64,000 nucleotides of DNA, taken from the NCBI RefSeq assembly GCF_011386835.1, contig NC_088801.1, positions 10,664,001 to 10,728,000 on the forward strand, given 5' to 3'. The notes beneath the pieces are model-generated. The model searched no databases. It saw only the letters and a list, made by a program, of their open reading frames with translations, and was not told the origin of the DNA. Each line of letters begins with the position of its first letter. The first letter of the stretch is position 1. Source of the DNA: Chrysemys picta bellii (Eukaryota). Below are positions 36,871 to 49,984 of this stretch, one piece after another. Both the position numbers and the translations under genes were made by a program.

Positions 36871-37405
36871 TCCCCTAAAACTCCAGATGATATCTACGTT
36901 CTCTATATGCAAATGAAGGCATGCGGGGCTGGTGATGCCGGTTCACTGTTGACCAACCCACTTTCTCTGCTGCTGCTGAGTTCCTTATGCCCTTTGAACT
37001 GCACAGAAACTTTATGTTTAACTTTCAAGCAGATGGAGAAAGAATCACTTTAGGTTGAACTATCCATATAAATCTGCTATATCACAAACTTTGCACCACA
37101 GCCAAAGAGAACAACTCCATTACCACAAGGTTAAAAACTGCTCTGCAGCGCCACGCAGTGGTTTTGAGAGGAGTGCATTAGAAAGAAACCTGGGTTAGCC
37201 AATTGCTGGGGTATGTTTTTCTCAACGGGAAGCCGCGTTCGTCAGCTGAAGTTTGTGCTAGGAATATCAGTGTAATTAATGTCAGACGTTGCCTTCAACA
37301 AGCACAACGGCCACTGCCGTGCTGCTCCTTCCTCCCAGGGATCATCCAGTTGGCCACTCTCGAGAGCAAGTATCAGGGGGTAGCCGTGTTGTTGTTTCTC
37401 TAGAG

Positions 37406-37750
37406 CAGTGGTTTTCAATCTTTTTTCATTCGTGGACCCCTAACAAATTTTGAATGGAGATGGAAATTTAACCTGTGGTCCACAGACGCCCATCATAGAA
37501 GTCTTAGACTGAAAACTGACTGAACAGAATTCAACAGTAAATGTTGCAGGGGCTTGGCACAGCACTTGACGCAGTGTGAGAAAGGGCACTAAATTGTGGG
37601 CTTCTGGGTTTTGACCTGTAGGTGGGGGTATTCACATACTTTGATAAAAAAAAAACAGAATGCCTTTTCTAGGATCTGAAACTTTATTTTCAGTCACCTT
37701 TCGCAGACCCCTTAGACATAGTCTGTGGACCCTCAGGTTGAAAACCACTG
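37406..37750. mobile_element. Non-autonomous hAT (Charlie-type)
   Basis: TIRs CAGTGGTTTTCAA and TTGAAAACCACTG. Perfect TSD CTCTAGAG, matching the Charlie NTCTAGAN target preference. Confidence 0.92.
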
Positions 37751-38649
37751 CTCTAGAGCTTTCAGAAAAACATCATGACCTTGTGTTTGCTTGTACCCAA
37801 GTCTCTGGAACATAATTTTTTAAACTTAATTATCCTGTATGGGCTATTAGAAGCAAGTGTCTCTCATGGGTGATTTATTTTGTGATGGGGTATCACTGAC
37901 ATTCATTTTATCTGAAGTGTAAGGCACATTTGCAATCTAGCCCTCATTTGTGAGGTTAAGATGATCTTCATAGAACCCACATTGTGCTGAGATGGTCTTT
38001 CACACAGTGCTGTCTGTGAGACTATGTCTTGAGCTAACTGAGACCCTCGTGTGTGGATACCATGGTGATGGAATGTTATAAGATTAGGTACTCGATTAAA
38101 CAGGCTATTTGGCAGAAATGCAGATGGTGCTACCCTGAAGTTATAATTAAGGAACACTTGTTTCCATTGCTAACGAAAGGAAAAAATGGGCTAAAATGCC
38201 CATTGTCACAGCTTCAACTCCTGGAACTCCACCTCTTATTTGTTCAATTACAGCAGCAACTGCTTGTGCGCACTGGCTAGCACCAGCAACCTAAGTCTGT
38301 TTGTTTGATTCTATGTTCTATTTATTATGAGGTAATCAAAATGCCCATGTTGAATGCTAGGTAAATGTACAAACTTTACACAGAAAAAAATTATACACTG
38401 AGCAAACGGCGCCAGTGTTCAAAGATCCCAGAAGCCACAAATTGAAAAAAATTTCTTTCATCTCCTTCTCCTCAACAGATAGCCGGAGAGACTGCTAACA
38501 CTTGGAGCATGACGTGAAGTCAGCAAATTCAGACTCTTGGGACCTCTCCCCTGGAAGGTCTCTAGCACCTTCACATGTAACCTAGGAGCTGCTATCTGAG
38601 TGCCTGAGCGAATTCCAGCTAGCAAAATACCATATAAGAGGGAAGCCTG

Positions 38650-38730
38650 TGTATCTCAAAAGCTTGCGTCTTTCACCAACAGAAGTTGGTACAATAAAAG
38701 ATATTACCTCGCCCACCTTGTCTCTCTAAT
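38650..38730 (+). mobile_element. Penelope-like element terminal fragment
   Basis: AAAGCTTGCGTCTTTCACCAACAGAAGTTGGTACAATAAAAGATATTACCTCGCCCACCTTGTCTCTCTAATAT matches the recalled turtle Penelope terminus. Confidence 0.65.
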
Positions 38731-39579
38731 ATAAGAGGTAAGTCTACCTCTGAACTACCTGAGGATCAACCATGTAAAGCTCTATTGATTAAAGCCTGCA
38801 CTTTAAATCACGTTTGTTCCCCCTGTAAAGAAACTCCGTGCACCCCTAATTAAGGTTTTAACCGGCAGTAATGTCTACTCATACATTTCTCACACTTTGC
38901 CATGTTCTTTCTCATAGAGAAGATCAGGCAGTTTCTTTAAAAAAATTTCAATGGCCTTTTGAATTTCTCTGTAAATTCTGAAGGAGGGTCCTTCTTTCGC
39001 ACATTACCAGACTTGTTTATTTTCCAACACTGGGATGCAGCTTTTAAATCAGACCATTTATTTTGTTCTTCAATAAACTTAACATGGTAAGAGTGGAGGT
39101 TATTTTCTTTTCTGAGTTTCTTTCCAGCTTCTGCAACAGATTTCAGATACCCTCCTACAAGCAATATAATCAGACACACTCTCATGCTCCTTGCTTGATC
39201 ACATTCCCATGAATACTTCAACTGGCAAAGTAATTTCTCAGCCACAGATGACTTGGTAGGGGGCAAAGCCAGCAGGAGGCTGAGTGATATGAATGTAAGC
39301 CATCATAACAAATGGCAGTAACTCATCTCAGTCACACTCTCAGAGAAATATTGGATCAGATTCAGAGGTGAACTAAGGACTGCACATCTTGTCCCTATTG
39401 CTAACTTGATAGTCGACGTGCTATTCAACCTCTCAACGTACCCATCAGATTGTGGGCGAGAACAAGTTTGTTGTGTTTTAATTTCTACCTGAGCACACAC
39501 TACCTGATTTTCAGAGTGGCTGAGCACCCACAACTCGAGTTGAAGTCAATGAGATCTGTGGCTCCTCAGCATCTTTGAC

Positions 39580-39800
39580 AAGGATGGTCCAGTGGTTAAA
39601 ATACGAGATTAGAACTCTGAAGATTTGATTCAAGACCCCGCTCTGCCACAGACTTCCTCTGTGAGCTTGGACAAGTCACTTAGTCTCTCTGTGCCTCAAT
39701 TCTCCCTCTAAACAATGGGATAATAGCATCCCCCTACCCCAAAAGGGGACTGCGAGGATAAGAGATCGTGAGGTACCCAGATACTATGACAATAGGAAGT
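39580..39800 (+). mobile_element. CORE/MIR-like SINE inside the integrase fossil
   Basis: GTCCAGTGGTTAAA...GCTCTGCCACAGACTTCCTCTGTGAGCTTGGACAAGTCACTTAGTCTCTCTGTGCCTCAATT. Confidence 0.75.
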
Positions 39801-39949
39801 AGCTTTGACAGATTCCCATACTTATGATCTGACATTCTGTGTCTTCCTAGGTATGCCAAACATGAATATAAACTCCCAGACCAGGATTTTGCCACAGTCC
39901 CAGTTTCCTGGTTTGCAATGAATTTCTGCCCATGCAACATAATCTGGTA

Positions 39950-41453
39950 TAGAATCATAGAATAGCAAGGTTGGAAGGGACCTCAGGAGGTCATCTAGTC
40001 CAACCCCCTGCTCAAAGCAGGACCAATTCCCAACTAAATCATCCCAGCCAGGGCTTTGTCAAGCCTGACCTTAAAAACCTTAAAGGAGATTCAACCCCTA
40101 TGTAACCCATTCCAGTGCTTCACCACCCTCCCAGTGAAAAAGTTATTCCTAATATCCAAACTAAATCTTCCCCCACTGCAACTTGAGACCATTACTCCTT
40201 GTTCTATCATCTGGTACCACTGAGAACAGTCTAGATCCATCCTCTTTGGAACCCCCTTTCAGGTAGTTGAAAGCAGCTATCAAATCCCTCCTCATTCTTC
40301 TCTTCTGTAGACTAAACAATCCCAGTTCCCTCAGTCTCTCCTCATAAGTCATGTGCTCCAGCCTCCTAATCATTTTTGTTGCCCTCCGCTGGACTCTTTC
40401 CAATTTTTCCACATCCTTCTTGTAGTGTGGGGCCAAAACTGGACACAGTACTCCAAATGAGGCCTCATCAATGCCAAATAGAGGGGAATGATCACGTCCC
40501 TCGATCTGCTGGCAATGCCCCTACTTATACAGCCCAAAATGCCATTAGCCTTCTTGGCAACAAGGGCACACTGTTGACTCATATCCACCTTCTCGTCCAC
40601 CGTAACCCCTAGGTCCTTTTCTGAAGAACTGCTTCCTAGCCATTCGGTCCCTAGTCTGTAGCAGTGCATGGGATTCTTCCTTCCTAAGTGCAGGAATCTG
40701 CACTTGTCCTTGTTGAACCTCATCAGATTTCTTTTGGCCCAATCCTCTAATTTGTCTAGGTCCCTCTGTATCCTATCCCTACCCTCCAGCCTATCTACCA
40801 CTTCTCCCAGTTTAGTGTCATCTGCAAACTAGCTGAGAGTGCAGTCCATGCCATCCTCCAGGTCATTAATGAAGATATTGAACAAAACCAGCCCCAGGAC
40901 CGACCCTTGGGGCACTCCGCTTGATACCGGCTGCCAACTAGACATGGAGCCATTGATCACTACCCGTTGAGCCCAACGATCTAGCCAGCTTTCTATCCAC
41001 TTTATAGTCCATTCATCCAGCCCATACTTCTTTAACTTGCGGGCAAGAATACTGTGGGAGACTGTATCAAAAGCTTTGCTAAAGTCAAGGAATAACACGT
41101 CCACTGCTTTCCTCTCATCCACAGAGCCAGTTATCTCCTCATAGAAGGCAATTACGTTAGTTAGGTACGACTTGCCCTTGGTGAATCCATGCTGACTGTT
41201 CCTGATCACTTTCCTCTCCTCTAAGTGCTTCAGAATTGATTCCTTGAGGACATGCTCCATGATTTTTCCAGGGACTGAGGTGAGGCTGACTGGCCAGTAG
41301 TTCCCCGGATCCTCCTCCTTCCCTTTTTTAAAGATGGGCACTACATTAGCCTTTTTCCAGTCATCCAGGACCTCCCCAGATTGCCATGAGTTTTCAAAGA
41401 TAATAGCCAATGGCTCTGCAATCACAGCCGCTAACTCCTTTTGCACCGTCAGA
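39950..41453 (-). mobile_element. 5'-truncated CR1 LINE (ORF2 RT and 3' UTR)
   Basis: Motifs [35 protein letters not shown] and [11 protein letters not shown] stop at 40829-40831, frameshift near 40430, (CATAGAAT) tail. Possible 5-bp TSD TGGTA (39945-39949, 41454-41458). Confidence 0.95.
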
Positions 41454-43844
41454 TGGTAGCACTTATTCATTTTATGGTTCAATGGCAGCCACACTCTGGA
41501 TACAACTGAAGAGGCCCCGGGGCTGGAAGTGATGTTTCCCAAGTGGCACAGTTTGACAGCACTATTTGGAACTTTCTGCCAGCTACGCAGGTAAAAGCCT
41601 ATATTCAGCCAAAAGTCTGCTCAGAGGCTGCTATCTGAGGTACTAAGCTACCAGGCTCCAGGGCTCTCCAGAGAGTTTCAATCAACTCACGGTGCCAGAC
41701 CTGCAGGCTAAGGATCTCCGAACTTATTTGCAATCCCAACCTTACAGAAATATGTGGAACTTAGGTAACTCTTCTGGGGCCTCCATCCAGACTCCAGGCC
41801 TTCAGCTTAGCTAGTACACAATCATTTTTTGTTCATACTTTACCAAGGCCCTGTGATCAGTGTTTGCTGGCATTGGGAGTACCCAGGTGCCATGCCACCT
41901 GTTTACCAGTGATCTGACCCCTCCAAAGGAGGCTTTTTTAATATATATCTTTTCCCCTTTGATACTCAGAAGCAGTTCTTTTGACCTGATCCAGAAAAAA
42001 GCATTTCTAATTCATGTCCTGGTCTACCTTCCTTTAAAATATTGAGTTGCTTCTTTGCCAAACACTAATAGGCATATTCAGAACAGCTCTTAATCACTCC
42101 CCTACAAAGCACACAGGCCTCCATCACTGTCAGCTGCACAGTCCTAGATCAAACGAAGGGCATCAGACCATATCACAGTGGCCAACAGTCTCACAAAACC
42201 CAGGCCCTCTCTGCTTGCCAGTTTACAGCCCTTTAACAGGGCTCAGTCACTTCCTTCCTACCAATGGCCTCTTCTGCAATGTCTGTTTATGGAAACAACT
42301 TCTGCGCTTCAGAGCCCATGTGAATTCCACAAGGGACAGACATTTTATAGCTCCTGCTGGAGCTGGCCATCCCCTGGGCAGGCTGAACAATGGAGACTTC
42401 TTGTCATGATGCTTTCTGGCTGCTTTTCCATAGCAGCACCTCAACTTGCTGCAAAAGGACAGTCTCCTTATAGATGCTTCTCACCATCCACAGTTCCAGC
42501 AGGCTATCTCCCCAGAGTGACATTCCCTGCAGCTTCCTTCTCGGGGAAGTTATAGGTTTCCCTTTGGGTTTCCCAGTCTTTCTGCATGTCTCCATTTGCA
42601 CCATCCTTTTTTCGGCCAAGCTGCTACACTTCAGTTTGTAGCCATGCAGATTGTCTCACAGGGTCTCAACTATCCCCCTTTTAAAGCTTTTATTCTCTTC
42701 TAGTCAGCAAGTTCTTGTACAGCGCAAATGTTGGCTTTAGTCTGATTTGGGTCTTTACAATCAACTCTCCTTAGCTGCTCCTGCCACTGCCCAACAGGTA
42801 ATGAGATAACCCTGAGCTAGCACATCTCAAACGGCTCTGTCACATACTTGGTAGGGCAGTACACGTCCTCCACAAAGCCCTTTATCCCTTTCCCCAGGTT
42901 ACCCCTTCTGGACCAAAAGGCAGCAGGGCCATCACATGCGGACACTGAAGGTTGAAACAGTTGCTTTTAATTTACCACTCTCACTTTTCACCTCAGCCAT
43001 CTAAAACACTACATGCATCTCTTGCCCATTCATTGAATTAGGAAATTTAGGTTGCCTCCTTCATAAAACCCATTTATTTTTGAGCAGCTAACTCGGGCTG
43101 TTCTGCCCAATCCATTCACCATCTGTATAACTCTGGCAGAAGAACAGTGTGTTCCAATCTGCCTATTCTTTGCTCCAGTATTTGGAATAACCTCTTCCCT
43201 GGCAGTCTTGCCGCTGCAACGCTTTTGTCTGTAATTACTTTTAACACAGACATGCATATCTCATTACGTGACACCAATCTGCAAGATGCTGCCACTGATT
43301 TGTTACCTATTACTCTTAGATTTCAGATTTTCTGGTTGTGCAAATATATTCTTAGTTAATAAAAGCAAAACATCCACAAGGAACACTGCACAGCAGGGTT
43401 AAATTTGAACTCTGCCAACGGGGGAAAAGAGTTGAAAGTAAAAGACAATTGTTCCAGTTATGGCATTGCAGAGAGATGGGAGCCTTTTCAATAATGAACA
43501 TGGTATAGCTAGAAAACTTGACTAGACAAACCACCGATAAATAAACCATCGGGCTCAATCCTGCATTGGCAGAGCGATGGACTACACTGGCCTACTAGAA
43601 CTTTTCTAACATCTGTTATTCCCTGGGAGACAGCAGCTTCCTGTTTTATTTTAATTGCATTTCAGATGGTTTAAAAAAAGTCATGATTTCAATTCTTTAC
43701 AATTATATTGAGATTCTAAAATCCCTCTATAATTACAGCCCTCTCTTTGAGAGACAGACATGCAGACAATCTACCCTGAAGCCAGTAACCTGCAGGGAAA
43801 GAGCTTGAACTGCAATTCTAGTCTAATTACAAGATTATCTTTAC

Positions 43845-43944
43845 CTTGCTCCCACAACGAGCTGATTCCTGTTGGCATCCAGTGCGAGCTGAGAAAAGTC
43901 GTGTACACCTGGATAGGTGAAATTCGACACCCAAGGTTTCAGAT
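43845..43944 (-). CDS. SEMA5B: Semaphorin 5B coding exon (100 nt)
   Basis: Acceptor ctttttcattttctttgcag, donor CAAG|gtaaag. Encodes (G)AT-LKPWVSNFTYPGVHDFSQLALDANRNQLVVGA-AG. Recalled human sequence is DLQPWVSNFTYPGARDFSQLALDPSGNQLIVGAR. Phases (1 in, 2 out) fit both neighbouring exons. Confidence 0.96.
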
Positions 43945-44289
43945 CTGCAAAGAAAATGAAAAAGCAGAAAACAATGACACTGCTCCAGAAACCGAGAGTT
44001 CACCCGGACATCCACTAATGGTTTTCCTACCGAGTATCTGTCAGGGGAAGGATAATTAATAATCTTTTAAAAGTGCTTCTGTTTATTCTGAGCAGAATCT
44101 GCAAAAGCTGCATAATAATGGGAGGTTGTCTCAGCAGTTATTTTCACATCCATGATGCCCAAAGATTGAGTGTCAGCATTATCTCTGAACAGACATCATG
44201 ATGGCTTGGTTTATTAGTTCATTTTAAAGTCTATGTGCCAAATTCAGAACTGGTATTAGTGGTGCAATTTCACTGAAGTGCCATCCAGG

Positions 44290-44475
44290 GTAGAAAGGCT
44301 GGTCTAGTGGATAGGACACTAGACTGGTACTCAAGAGACCTGGGACCAATTCCTAGCTCCATCACATATTTCCTGTGTGACCTTAGGCAAGTCATTTATT
44401 CTACCCTCTTCTGGAGTTTCCCCATCAGTGACATGAGGATAGAACTTCCCTACATCAACAGGGGTGTTGTTGTGC
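44290..44475 (+). mobile_element. CORE/MIR-like SINE
   Basis: GGTCTAGTGGATAGGACACTAGACTGG...CTGTGTGACCTTAGGCAAGTCATTT...GTTTCCCCATC. Confidence 0.75.
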
Positions 44476-44824
44476 GGTGCTGTGGGCCATATAGTGCCCA
44501 GACAGAATTCTTCACCAGGCTTGAATATGGCCCTATAAGATTCATGTATCTTATTTATCTTGCTTGGATTTGCCATGCTAGGCACTTCCTCAAATTGCAA
44601 ACACACAAAAGTTAGATTCTAAGCAACGGAACTGGCCATCCTCAGATGGTCAAAACTCCCACTGAAGTCAACAGGAGACCCATGAGAGTCACATCAGTTA
44701 ACACACTAACATCTATTGAAAGATCCAGGGGAAAATGTTTGTGATATAATAAAAAATAGTATTTAAAAAAAAAAAAAAAAAAAAAAGCCCAGTTCCACGG
44801 CTGTTCTTAGATGTAATGTGAAGG

Positions 44825-45080
44825 CATTTATAGATTTTGAAGGCCAGAAGGACCCATTAGATCATTTACTTTGACGTCCTGTATACAATGCAGGCCATAG
44901 AATTTCACTGTACTGAGCCCAGAAACTTGAGCTTGGCTAAAACATATCTTCCAGAAAGGCATTCAGTCTTGATCTGAAGATATCAAGATATGGCCTATCC
45001 AGCAATCCCTTGGTTAGTTTATTGCAGTGGTTAATCACCCTCAATGTTAAAAATGGGTGCCTTGTTTCTAATTTGAATAA
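44825..45080 (-). mobile_element. CR1-like 3' fragment
   Basis: ATAGATTTTGAAGGCCAGAAGGACCCATTAGATCAT...GCAGGCCATAGAATTTCAC...GTGGTTAATCACCCTC. Confidence 0.7.
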
Positions 45081-45186
45081 ATTCAAACATCCAGGGTAGC
45101 AGAGGCAAAAATAAGAACCATACCACTACCTCTCTAGTCCTTCTATGACCAGAGAACCAAAAATTGTGCTCCCATTAGGTGCTGAC

Positions 45187-45491
45187 CATAGGTGCCGACT
45201 TTGTGATTTGCCAGGGGGGTATTCGACCTCCCAGCTCCAACCCAAGCCCCGCCTCCACTTCATCCCTTCCCCAAGGCCCCACCCCGCCCCGCCTCTTCCC
45301 ACCCCTGCTCCAACCCCCTGCCCTCACTCCACCCCCTCCCCCCAGCATCTCCTGCATAGCTGAACAGCTGATCGTGGCAGGCGGGAGGCGCTGGGAGAGA
45401 GGGGGAGGCAGTGATCGGAGGTTGAGCACCCACCATTTTTTTCCCCCATGGGTGCTCCAGCCCCAGAGCACCCATGGAGTTGGCACCTATG
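45187..45491. mobile_element. hAT MITE
   Basis: TIRs CATAGGTGCCGACT and AGTTGGCACCTATG. Perfect TSD GTGCTGAC (45179-45186, 45492-45499). Confidence 0.9.
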
Positions 45492-48400
45492 GTGCTGACA
45501 ATAGGGCTGGTCGGAAATTTTCTGATGAATTCATTGAAGCAAGATGTTTTGCTGAATCTATTACAAATTCGACACAAAACTTTAGTCAAAACACAAGCAG
45601 GTTACATTGGAAAGCTGCCAGTGTTCCAGGGTCCACAGTTCTGCAGCAGAGAGCCCTGGCTGGAATAGCAACCATGATTCAATGAATAACATATGTGACA
45701 CAGTCAAGAACGTCAATTTCACTTATCCCCTTTCAGGAATATGTTTCAGTGTTCCCAAACCAAATTTTCCAGGATCTTTGGTTTGCAAGATAGTCTGCTA
45801 AAATTTGCACTTTGAAAGCAAATTCCAAAATACTGAAATATCTTGTTAACCGAACCCCCCCAAGTTTTGGCCAGATGAAGCTGGAAGTTTGGAAGGATAA
45901 TTAGGATCCAGTACAGTAAGAGATTTCAAAGTGAAAGTTAATATATTCTATGTACATGCCAATCCACGGAGCAGTGATCCTTTCTACCCACCCCCCTGGG
46001 ATCATGCTGTTATGTTCTGCATGACATAACCGATTCAAAATCAGCCCACTAGAGCTTTTAAAATCTGCACATTTCATTTATATGCTAAGTATGGGTTTAG
46101 GTGCCTCACTTTAGGAACCCATGTTTGAAAATTTCAGTCTTAATGTCCCTGTGCCTCAGTTCTTGCACCTCGACACAGGGAGTAATAATGCTTCCCTGAG
46201 CCACAGGATTGTGCACTGTTTGCAAAGCACTTTCAGGTCTTGGCATGCTTTGAAGGGGCTACAGAAGTGCAAGGTATTATAACAAACGAATGGCTGGGTA
46301 TCTGCTGGTTAACCCCAAGTCCCTTCTCATTCCAGCAGTCAGGAGGGGTAGATGAAGGCTAAATGAGACCTGGAGCCACCAAAACCTTGAGAAGCACCCT
46401 GGACACTCTTCACCTTAGCCTGGTCTGCCCTTTCCCAGACAGACTCTTTCTTCCAAGCTTCCACCTTCCCCGGGATGTTCTCATGTCTCCCATTCACGCC
46501 TGAACTGCTCCTGACTGAGCCATTCCCACCCACTGCGATCAACTGTGCACTGAACCGTGGCCTGGTGCTCTGACTCAGTGCTGAGTCAGGCCCCTTATGG
46601 TAATGGATTTAAAGATCCTGCCTCAGGGCTTTTCAGTGGGAGTCATGGGTTCCCTGCACTGCTCAGGATCGGGCCCTTAATCTTAGCGAACAAGCATTCA
46701 TATCACACTAACCTGGCACATGGAATGCATGTACCCTACTCTGCTATTCAATACAAAGGTGTGAGGTACGGAATAATTCAGCCAGACTAATCTTCAAGCA
46801 CTCCCACCTACTGAGCAGTCCTCTGAGACCTTTAATGGTGTACTAGCACCAGGGAGGTGTGATGCTTTCACCTCTGGCAACAGTCCTCGCAAATGCAGCT
46901 CAGACTTCTTTTCCTGTAGCTCTTTAGCTGCAGAAACATTTCTGAGCCCAGCGGCAGAAGCTGTAAGAATAACACCTTTCCAGGCAGGTGAACCAGGGCA
47001 TTCATGTGGCCTAATGTGGGAGATCAAACACTGTCTAAGGTGGAGGAAGGGAAGGTCAGCACATAACCATAGAACCTTTTAAGGAACCTACTTTTACGCC
47101 ATAAGTTCTATTTGTTTTTCTTCTCTTCTACCAACTCTTTCCCCCTCCCCCCAAACCAACCCACTATTATAATTCACTGGCAAGAAGAGGATTTCCTCAT
47201 CCGCTGTTCTAAATGAAATCTCCTCACTTCAGAGACGCCCAGTCCTCAGCTCTTCCTTTTGATAGCAAGTTCTGACAAATCACAGGTAAAAAAAATAACA
47301 ATCCCAATGAAAAAGCTGTCAGTGGCTCAGTTCTTGCCACAGACCGTTTAAACATCAAGCAAGCCTATGAAATAACAGGCATTGTCCCGCTTTCTATTTA
47401 CTACCGCAGGTGGCACAACTTATAAAGAAACCTTTCCTGATTATTAAATTAAAGGCTGAAAGGCATGCATCTTCATAGCAAAATTAAGCTTTTATAGACA
47501 CGTCGCTGGAGATTATTAAGCTCAGCGTGGTTCCCCTCTAAGACTATCTAACTGCGAGTGATGGGAATTAATGCCAAATGGCACATTATCCTCCCCAACC
47601 TTCTTTAGAATTAGAATTATTAGAGTGAATGGATAAAGTGTAATGGAAATCCAAGCGGCGAGAGAGGATGTAGGCTTTTTTCATTCAACACGTTAAATCC
47701 TATCACTCAGACCACAGGCATCCCTAAGGGCAGCTCAATGCTTTTATTTTAAAATGAGCCTCACTTCTGTGAGTAAGTGTTTGGCTGGGCCTGTCCCACC
47801 TTAGCAGAAGTTTACACATATGGACCCAATGAACTCTAGCGTGTGCTTGCTTTGACCTTTCTCCAAGAGCTGATTTTTCAGAGCCGACTTTTTCATTTGG
47901 CTGGAAGCCCTCAGTGCTGAGGCATGTTTACCTTTGCAAATGTATCGATTTAAAAACGCTATGAAAAATTAAAACCCAACGCTCTGGCTTGGCATGTCGG
48001 CAGCAGGGGCAGGAAATCTAGGAAACAAATGACTTAAGGGGCAATCTGCTCATGAAGGCCTCCTTTGTGCTTCATGTTTCTATTTCCAAGGGGCTAAAGA
48101 GCCACGTTGTCGCTTTCTCCACATTGGTTCCCCGAAGTGTAATTGTTTGAAATACACCCCAGGGTCAGCAATGTGATTCAGAGCCTCTGAACTTTTGCTG
48201 GCCTATCTGCGGCCCAACCTGGTTCGCAAACATGGCTGCAAAGACCCAGGACCTTCATACAAAACATCAGTCCTCCACGCATGCACAAAGGTGGGGAGAA
48301 AAGACAAGGAATTGGTTGCATTTTTTAGGCTGGGGTCAGGCACAATACCATTTGGGAGGGTAGCCACTGATCCTGCTAGCACTTCATTGTGCATTAATCA

Positions 48401-49309
48401 CCTAACGTAAACAGGATGTGGCGAAAGGGCGGGGCCTAAAGGCCGCTGAAGCCAGCAGGATTTTTTCCATTAAGTTTGGTGGGCTTTGGATCAAGCTCTA
48501 AATGTGGAAATTGTCTCATAAGACTCATTATGATCATACTTAATCCCATGTCTCCTCCAAAACCCCCTTTCTCCATCCTATTCACACCTTGCATGCTTAT
48601 GAGTAAGGAAGCAGGAGAGCAGAGGGCTTGAGACATCGCTGCATAAAGGATCCACCTTCAGTTTAATTTCACTTGTGCCCACATAGAGCCTCTACCTGCA
48701 CTGGGGTGCAACAGTCTCGTGCAACCTGCTCACAGCACGTAAGGATCAAGATGTTAAATACCCGCATCTGAAAAATGCAAAACCCTCTCTAGGTGCTAAG
48801 TAATATTCCTATTAGAGGCATGCCACTGTAATCCACCATCACTGTCAATTTGAACCCTGGACCCATTTATTCCCTGTTAGAAATGAGAGGGTAGCACTGA
48901 AACGCATGAAAGATATAACAAAAACATACTGAAATAGGAAGATTGGAAATTAATGGGAAGGAGTCCCCCAGGACCCCACTCCAGAAACAAACCCAAAGCA
49001 GAAACTCTGTTAATTAGCCTTCAGACTACAGATTTATATTATATAAAGTTCCCATAAACTAAAGCTGATTCAACAGTAATGGAGCAAAACGTACTATACT
49101 CCTGGGCGCCTGCCAAACCCAGTGGCATAAATAAATACCTGCTCTGCCGACACTCAAACCCACTTTTGTACAGGGCTAACCTGACCACACATGGAGTGGT
49201 TTCCTAAGTGCCTCAAGACGCTCTCCTAAAAAGACTTGAACTGGCTTCACTGGCTGCATGTCACAAAACACGGAATGGGTATTTTTCCTGGTGTCTGAGT
49301 TGTGTTTAT

Positions 49310-49925
49310 GTGAATTTAGCCCCCATGGAAGGTGTGCCCGTTTGACAGCCATGACGTTTGTTTATCCATAGAACAGGTACAGTTAAGGCAGTGGCCATGA
49401 AAGTATCTCACATGCACCCTTGTAACATGTCTCAACTCTGACAGGGAGGGATCACCTTTAGTTCACTCTTCATGTCTAGTCAGCCACTGGCGTCTCCGTT
49501 GGGAAAGGTCAGTTCAGAATGGTCTCGGATTGCATTGGATCCCACCGCTGACCAACAGATTTCCTTGTAACAAAGGTTCAGGTCTCAGGCAGCTTAGTCT
49601 GAATACAGTGATGATGCCTCCTCCCCAGCAACAGACCCACCTTCGAGGCCTCTAATTTGCTTAGCTGGGTGTGCAACCTCATGTAACTCAGCCCACTTCA
49701 AGCCATGTTCCCTTGGAACTAGCGTCAACGGTGGCAGTGGCTTTTGTGATCTGGACTCTTTTCTGCTACAAACTGAACTGAGACCATGATCCTCATTTTA
49801 TATAAATCACTGAACAGACAGCATCAGATGGTGATAACTTCCCATCAGCACCAGCAGAGACTGGATCAGCACCAACAACCTAGAAGGGAAAAGGCTTTAG
49901 ATGCTACCACCAGCCCCCTGAGGTC
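49310..49925 (-). mobile_element. LF-SINE, near full length, with an extra internal segment
   Basis: GTGAATTTAG, TTTATCCATAGAACAGGTACAG, CAACTCTGACAGGGAGGGATCACC, GTGGCTTTTGTGAT, TGAGACCA, CATCAGATGGTGAT and ACCTAGAAGGGAAAAGGCT are collinear with the recalled consensus. Confidence 0.7.
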
Positions 49926-49984
49926 AGTGTGCATTGGTCATTGCAGAGAGATTCCCAACAGCATCCACATACAATCCTAGCACA

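Larger units (their letters stand above)
38940..41700 (-). pseudogene. Fossil Gypsy-type integrase, in pieces
   Basis: Minus-strand fragments appear in the correct order: [12 protein letters not shown] (~41500-41600), DYVAWAE / IANQETGTVAK / ILVWEFIFMFGIP (~39840-39945), IKTQQTCSRPQSDGYVERLNST (~39420-39490). Confidence 0.6.

Noticed and set aside
38440-38580. Strong plus-strand acceptor-like tract (ttctttcatctccttctcctcaacag)
   Set aside because: Antisense to the gene, with no clear downstream donor or ORF.
42650-42845. Possible 5' LTR of the Gypsy fossil (minus strand TGTGACAG...AATAAAA)
   Set aside because: No matching second LTR near 38900 and no clear primer-binding site.
43760-44059. 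Plus-strand 99-aa ORF and minus-strand ORF 43827-44015
   Set aside because: These are the antisense or wrong-frame shadow of the real 100-nt SEMA5B exon.
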